A stretch of DNA of 63,783 bases, the filler included, from Octopus bimaculoides (Eukaryota): NCBI RefSeq assembly GCF_001194135.2. It is 7 parts of 7 records of this genome, joined end to end, with 100 filler letters (N's around TTAATTAATTAA, not from the genome) between each part and the next. Parts side by side here need not be neighbours in the genome. Positions count along the whole stretch, not along the records: positions 1 to 14,171 come from NC_069006.1; positions 14,272 to 32,518 come from NC_068984.1; 5 more parts are not named here. One strand, given 5' to 3'. The position numbers and the translations under genes are program-made. Below are positions 12,334 to 25,434 of the stretch, in pieces. The notes beneath the pieces were generated by a model that worked only from the letters and a program-made list of their open reading frames with translations, made no database searches and was not told where the DNA came from. The stretch's first letter is position 1, and each line of letters opens with the position of its first letter.

Positions 12334-12593
12334 AAAATATATAGTTTTCGGGAAAAGAACCAAGTTTCAAGAACTCATCGATGAAAATCCACTATCACAT
12401 ATAGAAAAATTAATAATTAAAAGCAAATATAATAAGATATCATAAGATATTTATCTTTATCTTATGATATTTACTTTGTTTTATATTATACTCATTTATT
12501 GTGCTTTTAATTATTAATTTTTCTATATGTGATAGTGGATTTTCATTGATGAGTTCTTGAAACTTGGTTCTTTTCCCTAAAACTATATATTTA
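12334..12593. repeat. Inverted repeat with about 92-bp arms
   Basis: 12334-12425 is the reverse complement of 12502-12593 with a few mismatches; the spacer contains a second small hairpin. Confidence 0.9.
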
Positions 12594-12752
12594 TATGTAT
12601 ATATATATACACACACATATATATATATATACATACATATATATTTTTATTAATTCATAATAGGATATAAGAACAATCACATTAAAGATGTTTATCAAGT
12701 TTATATTTTAAATTAATAATAATATACATATGTATATTATGATTTATTTAAT

Positions 12753-12795
<43 letters not shown>

Positions 12796-13384
12796 CATAC
12801 ATCCACACAGACACAGACACACACACACACATACACATACACATACACATATAGGGTATGAGAGGTATTGGTATCTAGAAGTCCCAAAGAGTGTCAGGTA
12901 ACACTAAGTAAGTGCTATGGATAGACCGTGGTTAAACTCTTGGTTCGATAATGGTATGAGTGAGGAATCTAATGTGGGTCTTGTATGAGCATGCATATAT
13001 TTATTTGACAGAATGAGAACAAATCCAAGGCTGTGATGAGTTATTTCAAAGTATGAGCCGTGGAATCAGTGTTGCTCATTCCATAACTGAACAAGAAATG
13101 CTATTGGAACTTATATACCATGTACAGGAAACTTTTTTACCACTTCTATACACCATTTTCCATGAATAATGGAACTGCAACTACAATATCTTTATATATC
13201 TTATCTCTATTCTCATTCTTTTATTTACCTCCATATTCCCCATCTCCTCCTTTTCCACAAAAATTTGAATTCAAATATTTTCTCACACCATCTCTGATGA
13301 AGGGATATCCACAATATCGCAGAAACAGCTGTAAGACTATTCCATCATAAATGTCCTGAAAAAACATCACAGCCTTGGATTTGT

Positions 13385-13745
13385 CATTCATGTCCATTGA
13401 AGTTACCAGCTACAAAGAGAAGGTCCCTGTCATTCGTCAATGAGGTAGTCTGCAAGAGGGTGTCATAAAATCAGTCTTTCTGTCCATCCAGTAGCCCCAT
13501 CTGAGGGGCATAGGCCGAGATAATGGTTGCTAGCCCATGATGAAGGACCAATCTAATCTTAAGTATTCTATTGCATACTCTGACTACCTCAATTATCTTA
13601 TCCACCCATTTCTCTGCAAGAATACCCATGCCCCCGACCTTGTCTGTGTTCCCTGCCCAGAAAATCTTGTACCTGTGTTCTTTACCTGTGAGGAACCAAG
13701 CTGAACCTCCTCTCCACCTTAATTCTTGGAGTCAGCAGATATTGA
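13385..13745 (-). mobile_element. RTE LINE AP-endonuclease fragment
   Basis: QELRWRGGS...KIFWAGN...GGMGILAEKWVDKIIEVVRVCNRILKIRL...IISAYAPQ...FYDTL...AGNFNGH. Confidence 0.85.
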
Positions 13746-13762
13746 CACATCTCCGTTCAAGC

Positions 13763-13798
<36 letters not shown>

Positions 13799-14215
13799 AT
13801 ACCTGCATATATCAATATGTATATACACACACACACACACTCACACAAACATAAACTTACCTGGAATTGGATGCAAGGCGTTCAATTAAATAATAATATA
13901 AATAATATATATATATATATATATATATATCATCATCATCATCATCGTTTAACATCCGCTTTCCATGCTAGCATGGGTTGGATGATTTGACTGAGTACTG
14001 GTGAACCGGATGGCTGCACCGGGCTCCAATCTGATCTGGCAGAGTTTCTACAGCTGGATGCCTTTCCTAACACCAGCCACTCTGAGAGTGTAGTGGGTGA
14101 CTTTACGTGTCACTGGCATGAGGGCCAGTCAGGTGGTACTGGCATACATATATATATATATATATATATATNNNNNNNNNNNNNNNNNNNNNNNNNNNNN
14201 NNNNNNNNNNNNNNN

Positions 14216-14227
14216 TTAATTAATTAA
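14216..14227. other. Assembly spacer TTAATTAATTAA within a 100-nt N block (contig join)
   Basis: Same 12-mer in N blocks at 32563, 44871, 54593, 59579 and 62548; it contains stops in all six frames. Confidence 0.95.
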
Positions 14228-14289
14228 NNNNNNNNNNNNNNNNNNNNNNNNNNNNNNNNNNNNNNNNNNNNAAAGAGCTACACAAAGAG

Positions 14290-14700
14290 AGGACAAACAA
14301 GGACAGACAAACGGATTAAGTCGATTATATCGACCCCAATGCGTAACTGGTACTTATTTAATCGACTCCAAAAGGAGGAAAAGCAAATTCGACTTCGGCA
14401 GAATTTGAACTCAAAACGTAGCGGCAGACGAAATAGCGCTAAGCATTTCGGCCGGCGTGTAGGCATTTATTTCTTTATTGCCCACAAGGGGTTAAACATA
14501 GAGGGGGACAAACAAGGACAGACAAAGGGATCAAATCCATTACATCCACCCCAGTGCGTAACTGGTACTTAATTTATCGACACCGAAAGGGTGAAAAGCA
14601 AAGTCGACCTCGGCTGAATTTGAACTCAGAACGTAAAGACAGACGAAATACCGCTAAGCATTTCGCCCGACATACTAACGTTTCTACCAGCTCACTGCCT
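14290..14700 (-). mobile_element. Two tandem copies of tRNA-derived SINE family C (gagctggcagaatcgttag..gagttcaaattc..ggggtcgat)
   Basis: Recurrent sequence; other copies at about 16142-16355, 23355-23950 (cluster, both strands), 33978-34196, 57915-58330. Confidence 0.8.
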
Positions 14701-14839
14701 TCCAAATATATTTCAATTCCTTGTAGACAGTAACATTTAAGAGCATGCAGTAGCTTGTATGTGTGAGCATGTGTGTGTGTGTGTTTATACACACACACAC
14801 ACACGCACACACACACACGCACACAATCACACACGCACA

Positions 14840-14925
14840 CACACACACACGGACACACACACGGACACACACACGGACACACACACGGACACACACACGG
14901 ACACACACACACACGGACACACACA
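14840..14925. repeat. (CACACACGGA)n minisatellite derived from (CA)n
   Basis: Visible periodic GGA interruptions of a CA array. Confidence 0.85.
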
Positions 14926-17900
14926 CGCACACANNNNNNNNNNNNNNNNNNNNNNNNNNNNNNNNNNNNNNNNNNNNNNNNNNNNNNNNNNNNNNNNNNN
15001 NNNNNNNNNNNNNNNNNNNNNNNNNNNNNNNNNNNNNNNNNNNNNNNNNNNNNNNNNNNNNNNNNNNNNNNNNNNNNNNNNNNNNNNNNNNNNNNNNNNN
15101 NNNNNNNNNNNNNNNNNNNNNNNNNNNNNNNNNNNNNNNNNNNNNNNNNNNNNNNNNNNNNNNNNNNNNNNNNNNNNNNNNNNNNNNNNNNNNNNNNNNN
15201 NNNNNNNNNNNNNNNNNNNNNNNNNNNNNNNNNNNNNNNNNNNNNNNNNNNNNNNNNNNNNNNNNNNNNNNNNNNNNNATATATATATATATACACATAA
15301 GTTTCAGGCGAAAAAAAAAAGAACTGCGATCTCTATGATCGACGAAACATTCGAAGCTGGCTCCCCAGTCTGACCACAGTTTAATGGCTGAAACCTCTGA
15401 AAGAAATAGCGTATATATAAATACAGCATGTCTCTGTAGCTAACCTATTTATTTTCATTTAAGATTGTTGCACCGTTTTAAAGTTAAGTGAGCATTGTAA
15501 ATTACAATGTCGATGTCACTAAATGAAACATTAATGCATTCGTCTCCTTAATAACTTAGCCAACACCGACTTTTTTATGTATGGTGTTACAGTTTACATG
15601 TAGACATATCAAGCTGGATCTTCGAATACTAAGCTTACACCCATTTGTAGATGGGATAGGTTTCAAAGAAGCTTTGGTTTCAATCATGTATCTGATAGTT
15701 CTCAAAATAGGTAGGTTTACATCGTTCTATCTGATAATGCATAGAAACAGTTGGCTTCTATTCAATCATACCTTATCTTTACTTCAGACGTGCTGGTGAC
15801 TGGTTCGCAATAATAAAACTATTTCTTTATATTTTCATATTGTTTATCCTCGTTTCAGCTCTCTTTAGACCTATGATCAAACGCATTGCAACTATAATCA
15901 CCTGTCTTTAATTCGGATTGAGAATAATGTAGTTCTATGCGCACTATATGCACTATTTTTTAAAGATGGTTGGGTGTGATTTGAATTAGATTTTGTTGGT
16001 ATTCTAGTAAATAAAGAGATCACATAGGGGTTTAACCATTTTCTAGTCAGTAAATATGTTTTGACCTTCAGCTAATAAAATATAAAGTATGTGCTATAAC
16101 CGTCTACTTCAATACTTCACATTTACTAATATCCACTATCAGTAAGGCGGTGAGCTGGCAGAATCGTTAACACGCCGAGCAAAATGTTTAGTAGCATATC
16201 ATCCTTTCTCTCGGAGTTCAAATTCCGTCGAAGTTGATTTTGCTTTTTATTCCTTCGGGGTCGGTAAAATGAGTACTAGCTGAACACTGGGGTTGATTTA
16301 ATCAATTCATCCTCTCTCCCGAAATTGCTAGCTTTGTGCCAAAATTTGAAATCAATATCTACTTACGGTACCTTATTGCTGTATGTATTTAATCTTTATT
16401 AAACAATAAGTCACCGTAAGCTGAGAATGGGCCATGGATATCACATTTATGGCCAGACATTTTCCTGTTACTTACTTTCTATTCTGTTTTTGTTTAACCC
16501 CAATTCAACTTTGATCGAGCAGGAATAATCACAGACACCCTAACGAAGATACCCTCATCTTTATAATATGTAGAATAATTATCTACTATATCTTCTCCTT
16601 GCGCAAGATGGTTTGATTTGAGGAAGATATGTTTGCTATTTATAATAAGAAGAGCGATAATGTAGTGTCTCTCCCGTTTGTTCGATGTCACATAAGATGC
16701 TATGATATAATTTGAGGGATATTTAGTTACTATTTATAGTACATGGATCAACCGCGTGGTGATCCTCCGAAGTTTGTTCGTCCTGATATTATGTTTGAAG
16801 GTTATTAGTCTGTTATTGTTTAGTCCCAGATTTCGAACAAAGGCATTCCAGGTCTGACGATCTAATACTTTTGGGTGTATTGAGGATTACATTTGTTCAG
16901 TGCATCGATTTTATTAGCCCTTTTAATACACAGTACACTGAATATTGCGTAAAAACTTTTGGAGAACATCATCAGCTTTTCCCCCCCTTTAATAAAACTT
17001 AACACTATGAGAATTATTTCAAAATTGAGAAAGAGGTACGCATTTATTACGTTACAATGAATACACATGCTTTGAAAACACACGTTTTCTAAATCTTCTA
17101 TTTTCGGACTCGCCTCAAATAGTCACTGCATACTTACAGTATCGTACAATCTACACAAGTGTTACAGCACAGGAGTTGAAAATATCCCGACCAATATAGC
17201 CTTCTATTCAAGTCTTGATCTTGTAATTTGAAAGAATTTCTCTTCCATTTCATGCAGGTAGAGCTACTGCGTAGTGGCTCTGTTTGGTTAGACTAAGTTT
17301 AAAGAAATAATATTTTAGAGTGTTATTGCAATTGTGTGCAAGAATGCAGTTGTCAAATTTATCCAGATATGTATTATGATACTTTTTTATAAGACAGTTT
17401 TATAGAGATTTTCGATTAGGCGATGAATTTATAGTGTCGGTAGGACATTGGAATAGAATGCTTCTGAGTTCAAATCGCGCTGAGATGAAATTTGCGGTTC
17501 ATCCATTTGTAATTGATAAAAGGAAATTGTTAGAGTGTCGGAAAGGCTATATTACAATAACCTATCCTAGCTTTTTACCTTCTCACAACAACACCTGCAC
17601 CCGCACAAGCCGACGATCTTTCCTTTGGATTAGCATCAGTGTCGGAGAGAAGGGTCACTTGCATGCTTGAGCAGCAACTAGGATTGCTGAAAAAACTCCC
17701 TCAGTTTCGTGTGCGCATCCATACACAAAAGTATAGTTATCCTTCAATAACGGAGCCACAACATCACAACCATGGTTATTTGGTGGGATGATTGCAAATG
17801 TTATGGAAAATATTGTAAATGTTTATTGAAATTTGGGTACAGTCCATCCTTCATGGAGCAACTCTATGTTCAAAGGCATTCAAGCCATGGCCAACTCGTT

Positions 17901-18414
17901 TATCTCGACATAAATTATACTCCTTTTTATTAAAAAGCAGTAAGGTATGATTTCCGAGAGCTTTTCTGCTGTTTCTAGCATGCCGACATGCTAAGTAGAG
18001 ACTTACTCATTGGCTAAGGTTCGGCTGTATTGCATAGGTGTAGTTTGTCAACAGCCACAGTTAATTCAAACAGTGCTATTCTTTATGACTGGTAGTTTTT
18101 TTTTTGTGAAGATGCTGAAACCCTAGGAGAGTTAATGCAATAGATGATGGGGTTCAATATAATGCTCTGTACACTAGTATATAAACAGTATATTATAGTA
18201 TACATTATATTGTGTATACAAATGTGAATGGGAAAACCTGTCCATAGTCACAAAACCTGTGAAAAGAAGACAACTGAACCTCCGTTATATCACAAACTAC
18301 GATCTTAAAGTCGAATAACATACTGCATAATGTGGTTCTAGATACACTGTATCTAAATGAAACAAAGAAAGCTCAGTCATGATTGGTTATAGTGTTAGTG
18401 ATACTGGTGATAGT

Positions 18415-18676
18415 ATTTACATTATTTACATTAGTTACATTCGACGGATAATTGTCCTCATCTTGTTTGTTGTTAACACAATGTTTCGGCTGATATACCC
18501 TCCAGCATTCTTCAGGTGTCTTGGGGAAATTTCGAACCTGGGTTCTAATTCCTAAGGTATTCTTCGATGTTGTTGTTGTTGTTATTATTATCATTATTAT
18601 TATAGTTCAGGTCACTGCTTGGCATCGAACTCAGAATCTTGGGGTTAGTAGCCCGCGCTCTTAACCACTATGCCAT
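18415..18676 (-). mobile_element. Composite element: tRNA-like head, (TAA)n linker, Penelope-type tail with hammerhead motif
   Basis: Minus strand: GGCATAGTGGTTAAGAGCG..GAGTTCGATGCC (A/B boxes), then aataat repeats, then gacacCTGAAGA..cagcCGAAACATTgtgtt. Confidence 0.55.
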
Positions 18677-19581
18677 ATAATAATAATAATAATTATTATT
18701 ATTTAAAATATTTATGAATGAGAAAAAGAAGAAAATGGAGAAACTGATATGCAGAGAGTTTATTTAAAGATATTTAAATCCATATAATGAAATTTCAGTC
18801 CTATAGCCGTTTCCATATCCAATTAGTTCAATTACAGAAATTAAATTNNNNNNNNNNNNNNNNNNNNNNNNNNNNNNNNNNNNNNNNNNNNNNNNNNNNN
18901 NNNNNNNNNNNNNNNNNNNNNNNNNNNNNNNNNNNNNNNNNNNNNNNNNNNNNNNNNNNNNNNNNNNNNNNNNNNNNNNNNNNNNNNNNNNNNNNNNNNN
19001 NNNNNNNNNNNNNNNNNNNNNNNNNNNNNNNNNNNNNNNNNNNNNNNNNNNNNNNNNNNNNNNNNNNNNNNNNNNNNNNNNNNNNNNNNNNNNNNNNNNN
19101 NNNNNNNNNNNNNNNNNNNNNNNNNNNNNNNNNNNNNNNNNNNNNNNNNNNNNNNNNNNNNNNNNNNNNNNNNNNNNNNNNNNNNNNNNNNNNNNNNNNN
19201 NNNNNNNNNNNNNNNNNNNNNNNNNNNNNNNNNNNNNNNNNNNNNNNNNNNNNNNNNNNNNNNNNNNNNNNNNNNNNNNNNNNNNNNNNNNNNNNNNNNN
19301 NNNNNNNNNNNNNNNNNNNNNNNNNNNNNNNNNNNNNNNNNNNNNNNNNNNNNNNNNNNNNNNNNNNNNNNNNNNNNNNNNNNNNNNNNNNNNNNNNNNN
19401 NNNNNNNNNNNNNNNNNNNNNNNNNNNNNNNNNNNNNNNNNNNNNNNNNNNNNNNNNNNNNNNNNNNNNNNNNNNNNNNNNNNNNNNNNNNNNNNNNNNN
19501 NNNNNNNNNNNNNNNNNNNNNNNNNNNNNNNNNNNNNNNNNNNNNNNNNNNNNNNNNNNNNNNNNNNNNNNNNNNNNNNNN

Positions 19582-19958
19582 GCTGGCACTCCGTCGCTTA
19601 CGACGTCGAGGGTTCCAGTTTATCCGATCAACGGAACAGCCTGCTCGTGAAATTAACGTGCAAGTGGCTGAGCACTCCACAGACACGTGTACCCTTAACG
19701 TAGTTCTCGGGGATACTCAGCGTGACACAGTGTGACAAGGCTGACCTTTTGAATTACAGGCACAACAGAAATAGGAAGTAAGAGTGAGAGAGTTGTGGTG
19801 AAAGAGTACAGCAGGGTTCGCCACCATCCCCTGCCGGAGCCTCGTGGAGCTTTAGGTGTTTTCGGTCAATAAACACTCATAACGCCCGGTCTGGGAATCG
19901 AAACCGCGATCCTATGACCACGACCCTGCTGCCCTAATCACTGTTCTATTGCGCCTCT
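19582..19958 (-). mobile_element. SINE family A copy
   Basis: Near-identical to 7215-7593. Confidence 0.9.
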
Positions 19959-22269
19959 ACATGTATGTATGTATGTATGTATTATCTTTCAAAATATTAC
20001 GAATGTGTAAATAAGTAAAACCAATGTATATATACATTTAATAATTTCTAGATTTGCAGGTGTACTCTTTCAACATTGTAAGTGTACTCAGTAGAGAATG
20101 TAAAAATATTTCATTAGTTTATATTTCTGTACTTCAGGAAAGAAAGATGTTCAGATTAATCAAATCAAGTAAAATGAAAGGATGGAAATGTATTGTTTTC
20201 AGGCTAAAACGTGGATTGTAAGTTAGGATTGAAAGGTACTTAATTATTTTCCCGTTAAACGCTTGGAGCCAGTGATCTAAAATTCAAATATTGCTTTTGT
20301 CACGATATACGCAGCAAGCAAACGATATTAGGACGACGTGCATGCAAATATTGGTGCCCCTGAGGCACATAAACACAGCATGGCATGATCTCAGAGAAAA
20401 AGACTAAGCGGACAGTTTATGCATTATTTGAATTTCAGATCAAATGCTCTCAGCTTTTAACAGAAAAAAAAAATTAAGTGCATTTGACTCGAGTTTTCAA
20501 CAATACATAGCATTCTATTTGACTTAAAAACAACCGAGTTTGCAGCTCCATCGTTCCATTTCAATTTGTTAATCTCACCATCTTCTTTATATGAGCTGTG
20601 TAAATATAATATAATTTAATCTATCTAGATTCTTCACTGAAAAGACACATATATAAGTCCGTCTGGGTGTTTATCTGCGTGCGAAGGCGCGTGTAATATA
20701 TATANNNNNNNNNNNNNNNNNNNNNNNNNNNNNNNNNNNNNNNNNNNNNNNNNNNNNNNNNNNNNNNNNNNNNNNNNNNNNNNNNNNNNNNNNNNNNNNN
20801 NNNNNNNNNNNNNNNNNNNNNNNNNNNNNNNNNNNNNNNNATAATGGGATATGCACGCATACGCACTCGCAGAGGCGCACACAGACATACACACGTATAT
20901 GAGTACGAGTATGTGTATATGTATATACATATATCTGTGTTTATATTAATATATGTGTGTGTGCGTATGTGTGTGGGGGTGCCCAATAAAACTTTGTCTT
21001 TCCATTTAAGTCTGTTTTGTGAATCTAACCATCTTTTTATCAACTGCGCATTATGAAGTAATAAAATACATCAAAACTGAAGATGCACATGTATATGTGT
21101 ATACGTGCATACATACGCTCATATACAAGCATAAGCATTCATATGTATACAAATATATACATATGTATATGCGCATGCATATATACACATGCACACACAC
21201 ACATATATAACAAATCCTGCACCAACTTCACCACCGCAGACTCTACCTTTACTTAATATACATCCTATTCTCAGTTCTTTCGTCTCTGCCTTTTCCGTAG
21301 TTGAGACCGCGATTTTGAGATAATACATAGTCTAACGCTGCATTCATGTCTTCCCTTTGTCAAAGCGGCACTCAAACGGGCTTGTTAAGTGGACCACACT
21401 TTCGCCCTGTCCACTGCTTTCGCTGTGCCTGCATGCCACTTTCGCTGTGCGATTAACTCAACGAGGCAACTATTTATATTCAGTGTAGTCTTATACAAAG
21501 TGTCCCAATTCTCGTCTTCAACGTGAATAAGGGCTCATTTTCACAATTCAAGCCTTCGCTCCCCATAAGCATCGTCCTCACCTCACGAATCCTCATTACA
21601 CACATTTTTTTCCTATTCAACCAAGTATGCATGCTAACTAGTGTAAAATCATTTAAACACAGCTTTTTATTTCCACATTCATATACATGGTATAATCATG
21701 TTCACAGAGAAACACATACATCTTCCATATCACTTCCGCACCAACAAACGCACCAATCATACCATCACAGTTCTAAATCAATCACTCACACATATACTTT
21801 CAGCACAAATATACATACACGCATCCATACATATACACTTTAACTAAGGGCCATAATAACAAAGCAACTACCATAATAACAGAATATAAAATACATACAT
21901 ACTCACAGCATCACTGCAATATATACTCATACATTCATCATAATGACATACGCATGCGCATACTTATTCGACATAGCACCACTCCCTACACACGCACACA
22001 CATGAGTATGTATTCACACATCTACACACGTTTTACAAATCTACATCAATGCATACACGTCCTCAAATGCTGGATTCCTATGCGCACACTAACACTAAAA
22101 TACACACAAATACACTCACACACAAACACGCGCTCATGCTTTGTTACTATATCCACAAACATACTAGTCTGTATATCACGGGTTCACATTGTAAGCAGTA
22201 GCACAAAATGAAGTGCACATATATACGCCTTATTGGCTCACAAACAGATACAGCCGCACGCACTTAAAT

Positions 22270-22340
22270 TTACACGCATAATCTGTACACATTACACGCA
22301 TAATCTGTACACATTACACGCATAATCTGTACACATTACA
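22270..22340. repeat. 22-bp tandem repeat (TTACACGCATAATCTGTACACA) x3
   Basis: Three perfect units plus a partial unit, no spacers. Confidence 0.95.
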
Positions 22341-24573
22341 GTTATCTACTCTAAACATACACACGCATAAATTTTAATGCCAGTTAGGCATGCACACATG
22401 CATACGGATTCAGACGCACCTTATTTACGTAGATCTCCCTCACCTGTTTGTCTGGTATTAATGAAACCTCATTCCTTCCCTATAACTTCTGGGCATTCGA
22501 ACTGGTTTTTTTTCTCTTTGCTTCACATTTTCCACCTATGCATCTTTCTGAAGAAGAGCCTAAACTCGGAATGTCATACCTCTACTTTATTAATCTCTCA
22601 GAGGGTATCGATAATTGCATTTTAGGTTCACTCTGTTTTGTGATGATATTCGCGTCGTTCATTCTGAACTCATACATATACGAGCACGTACGAGGGCATA
22701 TATATAAATGGATGGCACAATTGCTATGCAGAGTTGGGTGAAATATTTTATAGTATTAAATTATTTCTGTTTAGTTTATAAATGAAATGAAATGTACCCA
22801 GAGCGTTTTTTCTTACATTTACTTTTCTGCATTCGATAAAATAACTGTGACACTATGTTACTGACAATTAAAACCAGAGAAATGGTCCTATAGCTAAGCC
22901 ACACTAAAATAACTGTTACCGCTAAAATGATATGAAGAAAGATGTATTGGCAGTAGGAGTAGAATGTTAGATGAATATGAGTTACAACCTATTTTATTTC
23001 ATCATTCATTGCTTTTAATTCAAATTATACCGTTGTTGAAGACAAAATCTTTGATACCATTAATATGGTTGTGTGATTAATAAGCTTGCTTTTCAGCCAT
23101 GTGGTGTTGGGTTCATTCACACTGTGGGATTACGCAAGTCTCTTCTATCATAGCCTGACGCCAAGTATAGACTTGTGAATGGGTCTGATGGACGGAAACT
23201 GAAACAAGCCGTCATGTATAACAGACTTTAAAAACTCAAAAAAAAAAAAACATCAGTCCTGGGGTTGATTTGTTAATATTGAACCTTTCTAGGCATTTTC
23301 CCACCACGGCTGCAGTCAAATGATTGAAACAAGAGAGACACACCGAAAGATTTCTTTTCCCCAATGTTTACCGGTATTTCGTTTGTGTTTACGTTCTAAG
23401 CTCAAATTCCACCGATATTGACTTTGTCTTTCATCCTTTCGGGGCCGATAAAATAAGTACCACTTGGTTGACTGGTGGTGTCGATGTAATCTACTTACGC
23501 TCTTTTTTTTCTTCCGAACATGCTGGCATTGTGCCAAGTTTGAAAGCAATATTACGATATGAATTACAGTGGCACTTATTTTATCGGCCCTGAAAGGATG
23601 AAAGGCAAAGTCAATATCGGTGGAATTTGAGCTTAGAACGGAAACACAAACGAAATACCGGTAAGCATTTTAACCGGTGTGCTAACGATTCTGCCAGGTC
23701 ACCACCTTAATTATTATCGTAATTTTAAGATTCTTTAAGGTGGCGAGCTGGCAGAGTCATTTGGGCTCCGGACAAAATGTTTAGCAGCATTTCTTCCGAC
23801 TTAACTTTCTATGTTTAAGTTCCACCGAGGTCGATTTGCCTTTCATCACTTCGAAGTCGACAAAATAAGTAACAGTTGAACACTGGGATTGGTGTAATCG
23901 ACTTACCCACTGTCCCGGAATTAATGGCCTTGTGCCAAAATTTGAAATCAACATTTAAGTTCTTTAAGGCAGTGAGTTGGCAGGATCCTTAGCATGCCAA
24001 GCAAAATGTTTACCAGCATTACCAGCATTACGGGATTCCATAATTACATTCATGTGAATAAATGTGTAATCGTTTCTGCAAAGACATTAATTGTATAATT
24101 AAGAATTCAGACTAATTAACGGTTTATAACTTCTGGCTGTGTGTGCGTATGTGTGTAAATAGATAGAAAGAAGTAGTATGTCTTAATGATACTATTTAAT
24201 TCTAAACAAAAAATTCTGCTTTGCTCTCTGATTTAAGATAGGTTTCGATAACAGAATATATAAAGAAAAATCAGGAAGTAATCTGCTGGTTTAAAAGTCA
24301 ATTCATTTGACTTGTATCGATCATTTCCAGTCATCTGTCACCACACTTGTGCATACATACATACATACATACATACATACATGCATACATACGCATGTAC
24401 GTACGCACATTCATATATACGTACGTGCATACATAGGTATAGTCAGACATACATACTTACATGCATATATAATATTCAGTATTAGATTAAAATGCCTATC
24501 TATGTCTTATCATCATGAAAGACAAATTTACATCCAGAGTTAATACGTCATATAAAGACGGTGAATTTAGAAC

Positions 24574-24634
<61 letters not shown>

Positions 24635-24685
24635 GTGTGTGTATGTGCGTGTGTGTGTGTATACATATATATATACACCCCCCCC

Positions 24686-24718
<33 letters not shown>

Positions 24719-24719
<1 letters not shown>

Positions 24720-25010
24720 AACAATTGCAGCGTGGAAGGTGTTTATAAGCCATTTAAAATAACAAACAAAATCCGTTAGATTCACTTCAACATTTAAATT
24801 CAATTTGTCAAAATATTTTCGTCGCTTTGAGACCGCGACCTGTTCACTGACAAAATTCTGTGCTGCATCAGAATTTTGTCAGTGAACAGGTCGCGGTCTC
24901 AAAGCGACGAAAATATTTTGACAAATTAAATTTAAATGTTGAAGTGAATCTAACGGATTTTGTGTGTTATTTTAAATGGCTTATAAACACCTTCCACGCT
25001 GCAATTGTTT
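24719..25010. repeat. 292-bp near-perfect palindrome (142-bp arms, 8-nt loop)
   Basis: aaacaattgcagcgtggaagg... / ...ccttccacgctgcaattgttt with about 2 mismatches. An internally deleted copy lies at 31835-32070. Confidence 0.95.
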
Positions 25011-25434
25011 TCGTTCCAGCACACGATCTCAGATCAGGTCACTTGCTATGCAAGTGCATCTCCGTAATATATATATATATACAGATATTGTTGAACCGTT
25101 TATCCCTAGATATACTTTTTCTCTCTCCGTTTTTTTCGTCCTCTCTCCTTCTTTTTCCGTCTCAATCCTTTCTGTTGAAGAGCGTAGGCTCGAAACGTCA
25201 AAACCTCAAACTAATACACGTACTTGTTGTTCCTTCACCTGTCTTTATCCGTTGTTTTATGTAAATTAGCAATACACACGCACACACACAAACACACACA
25301 CATATATGTATAACGCAAACAAAAATCGTTCCACTAACGGCTAGTGGTAAACCAAGATACGTTTTTGTTCCTTTGTGTCATGTAAATAGCGTGTACCCAC
25401 ATGCATACATACATACATACATACATACATACAT

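Noticed and set aside
16475-16538. Minus-strand 64-nt candidate exon GVCDYSCSIKVELGLNKNRIE with GTAAGT donor, phase-compatible with 11546
   Set aside because: Short, no homology recognised, and on a different contig; similar phase-compatible candidates (about 12048-12113, 15645-15730) arise easily by chance.
22270-22340. CRISPR-like array (also the 39-bp repeats at 46980-47090)
   Set aside because: Head-to-tail units without unique spacers, eukaryotic context, no cas genes.
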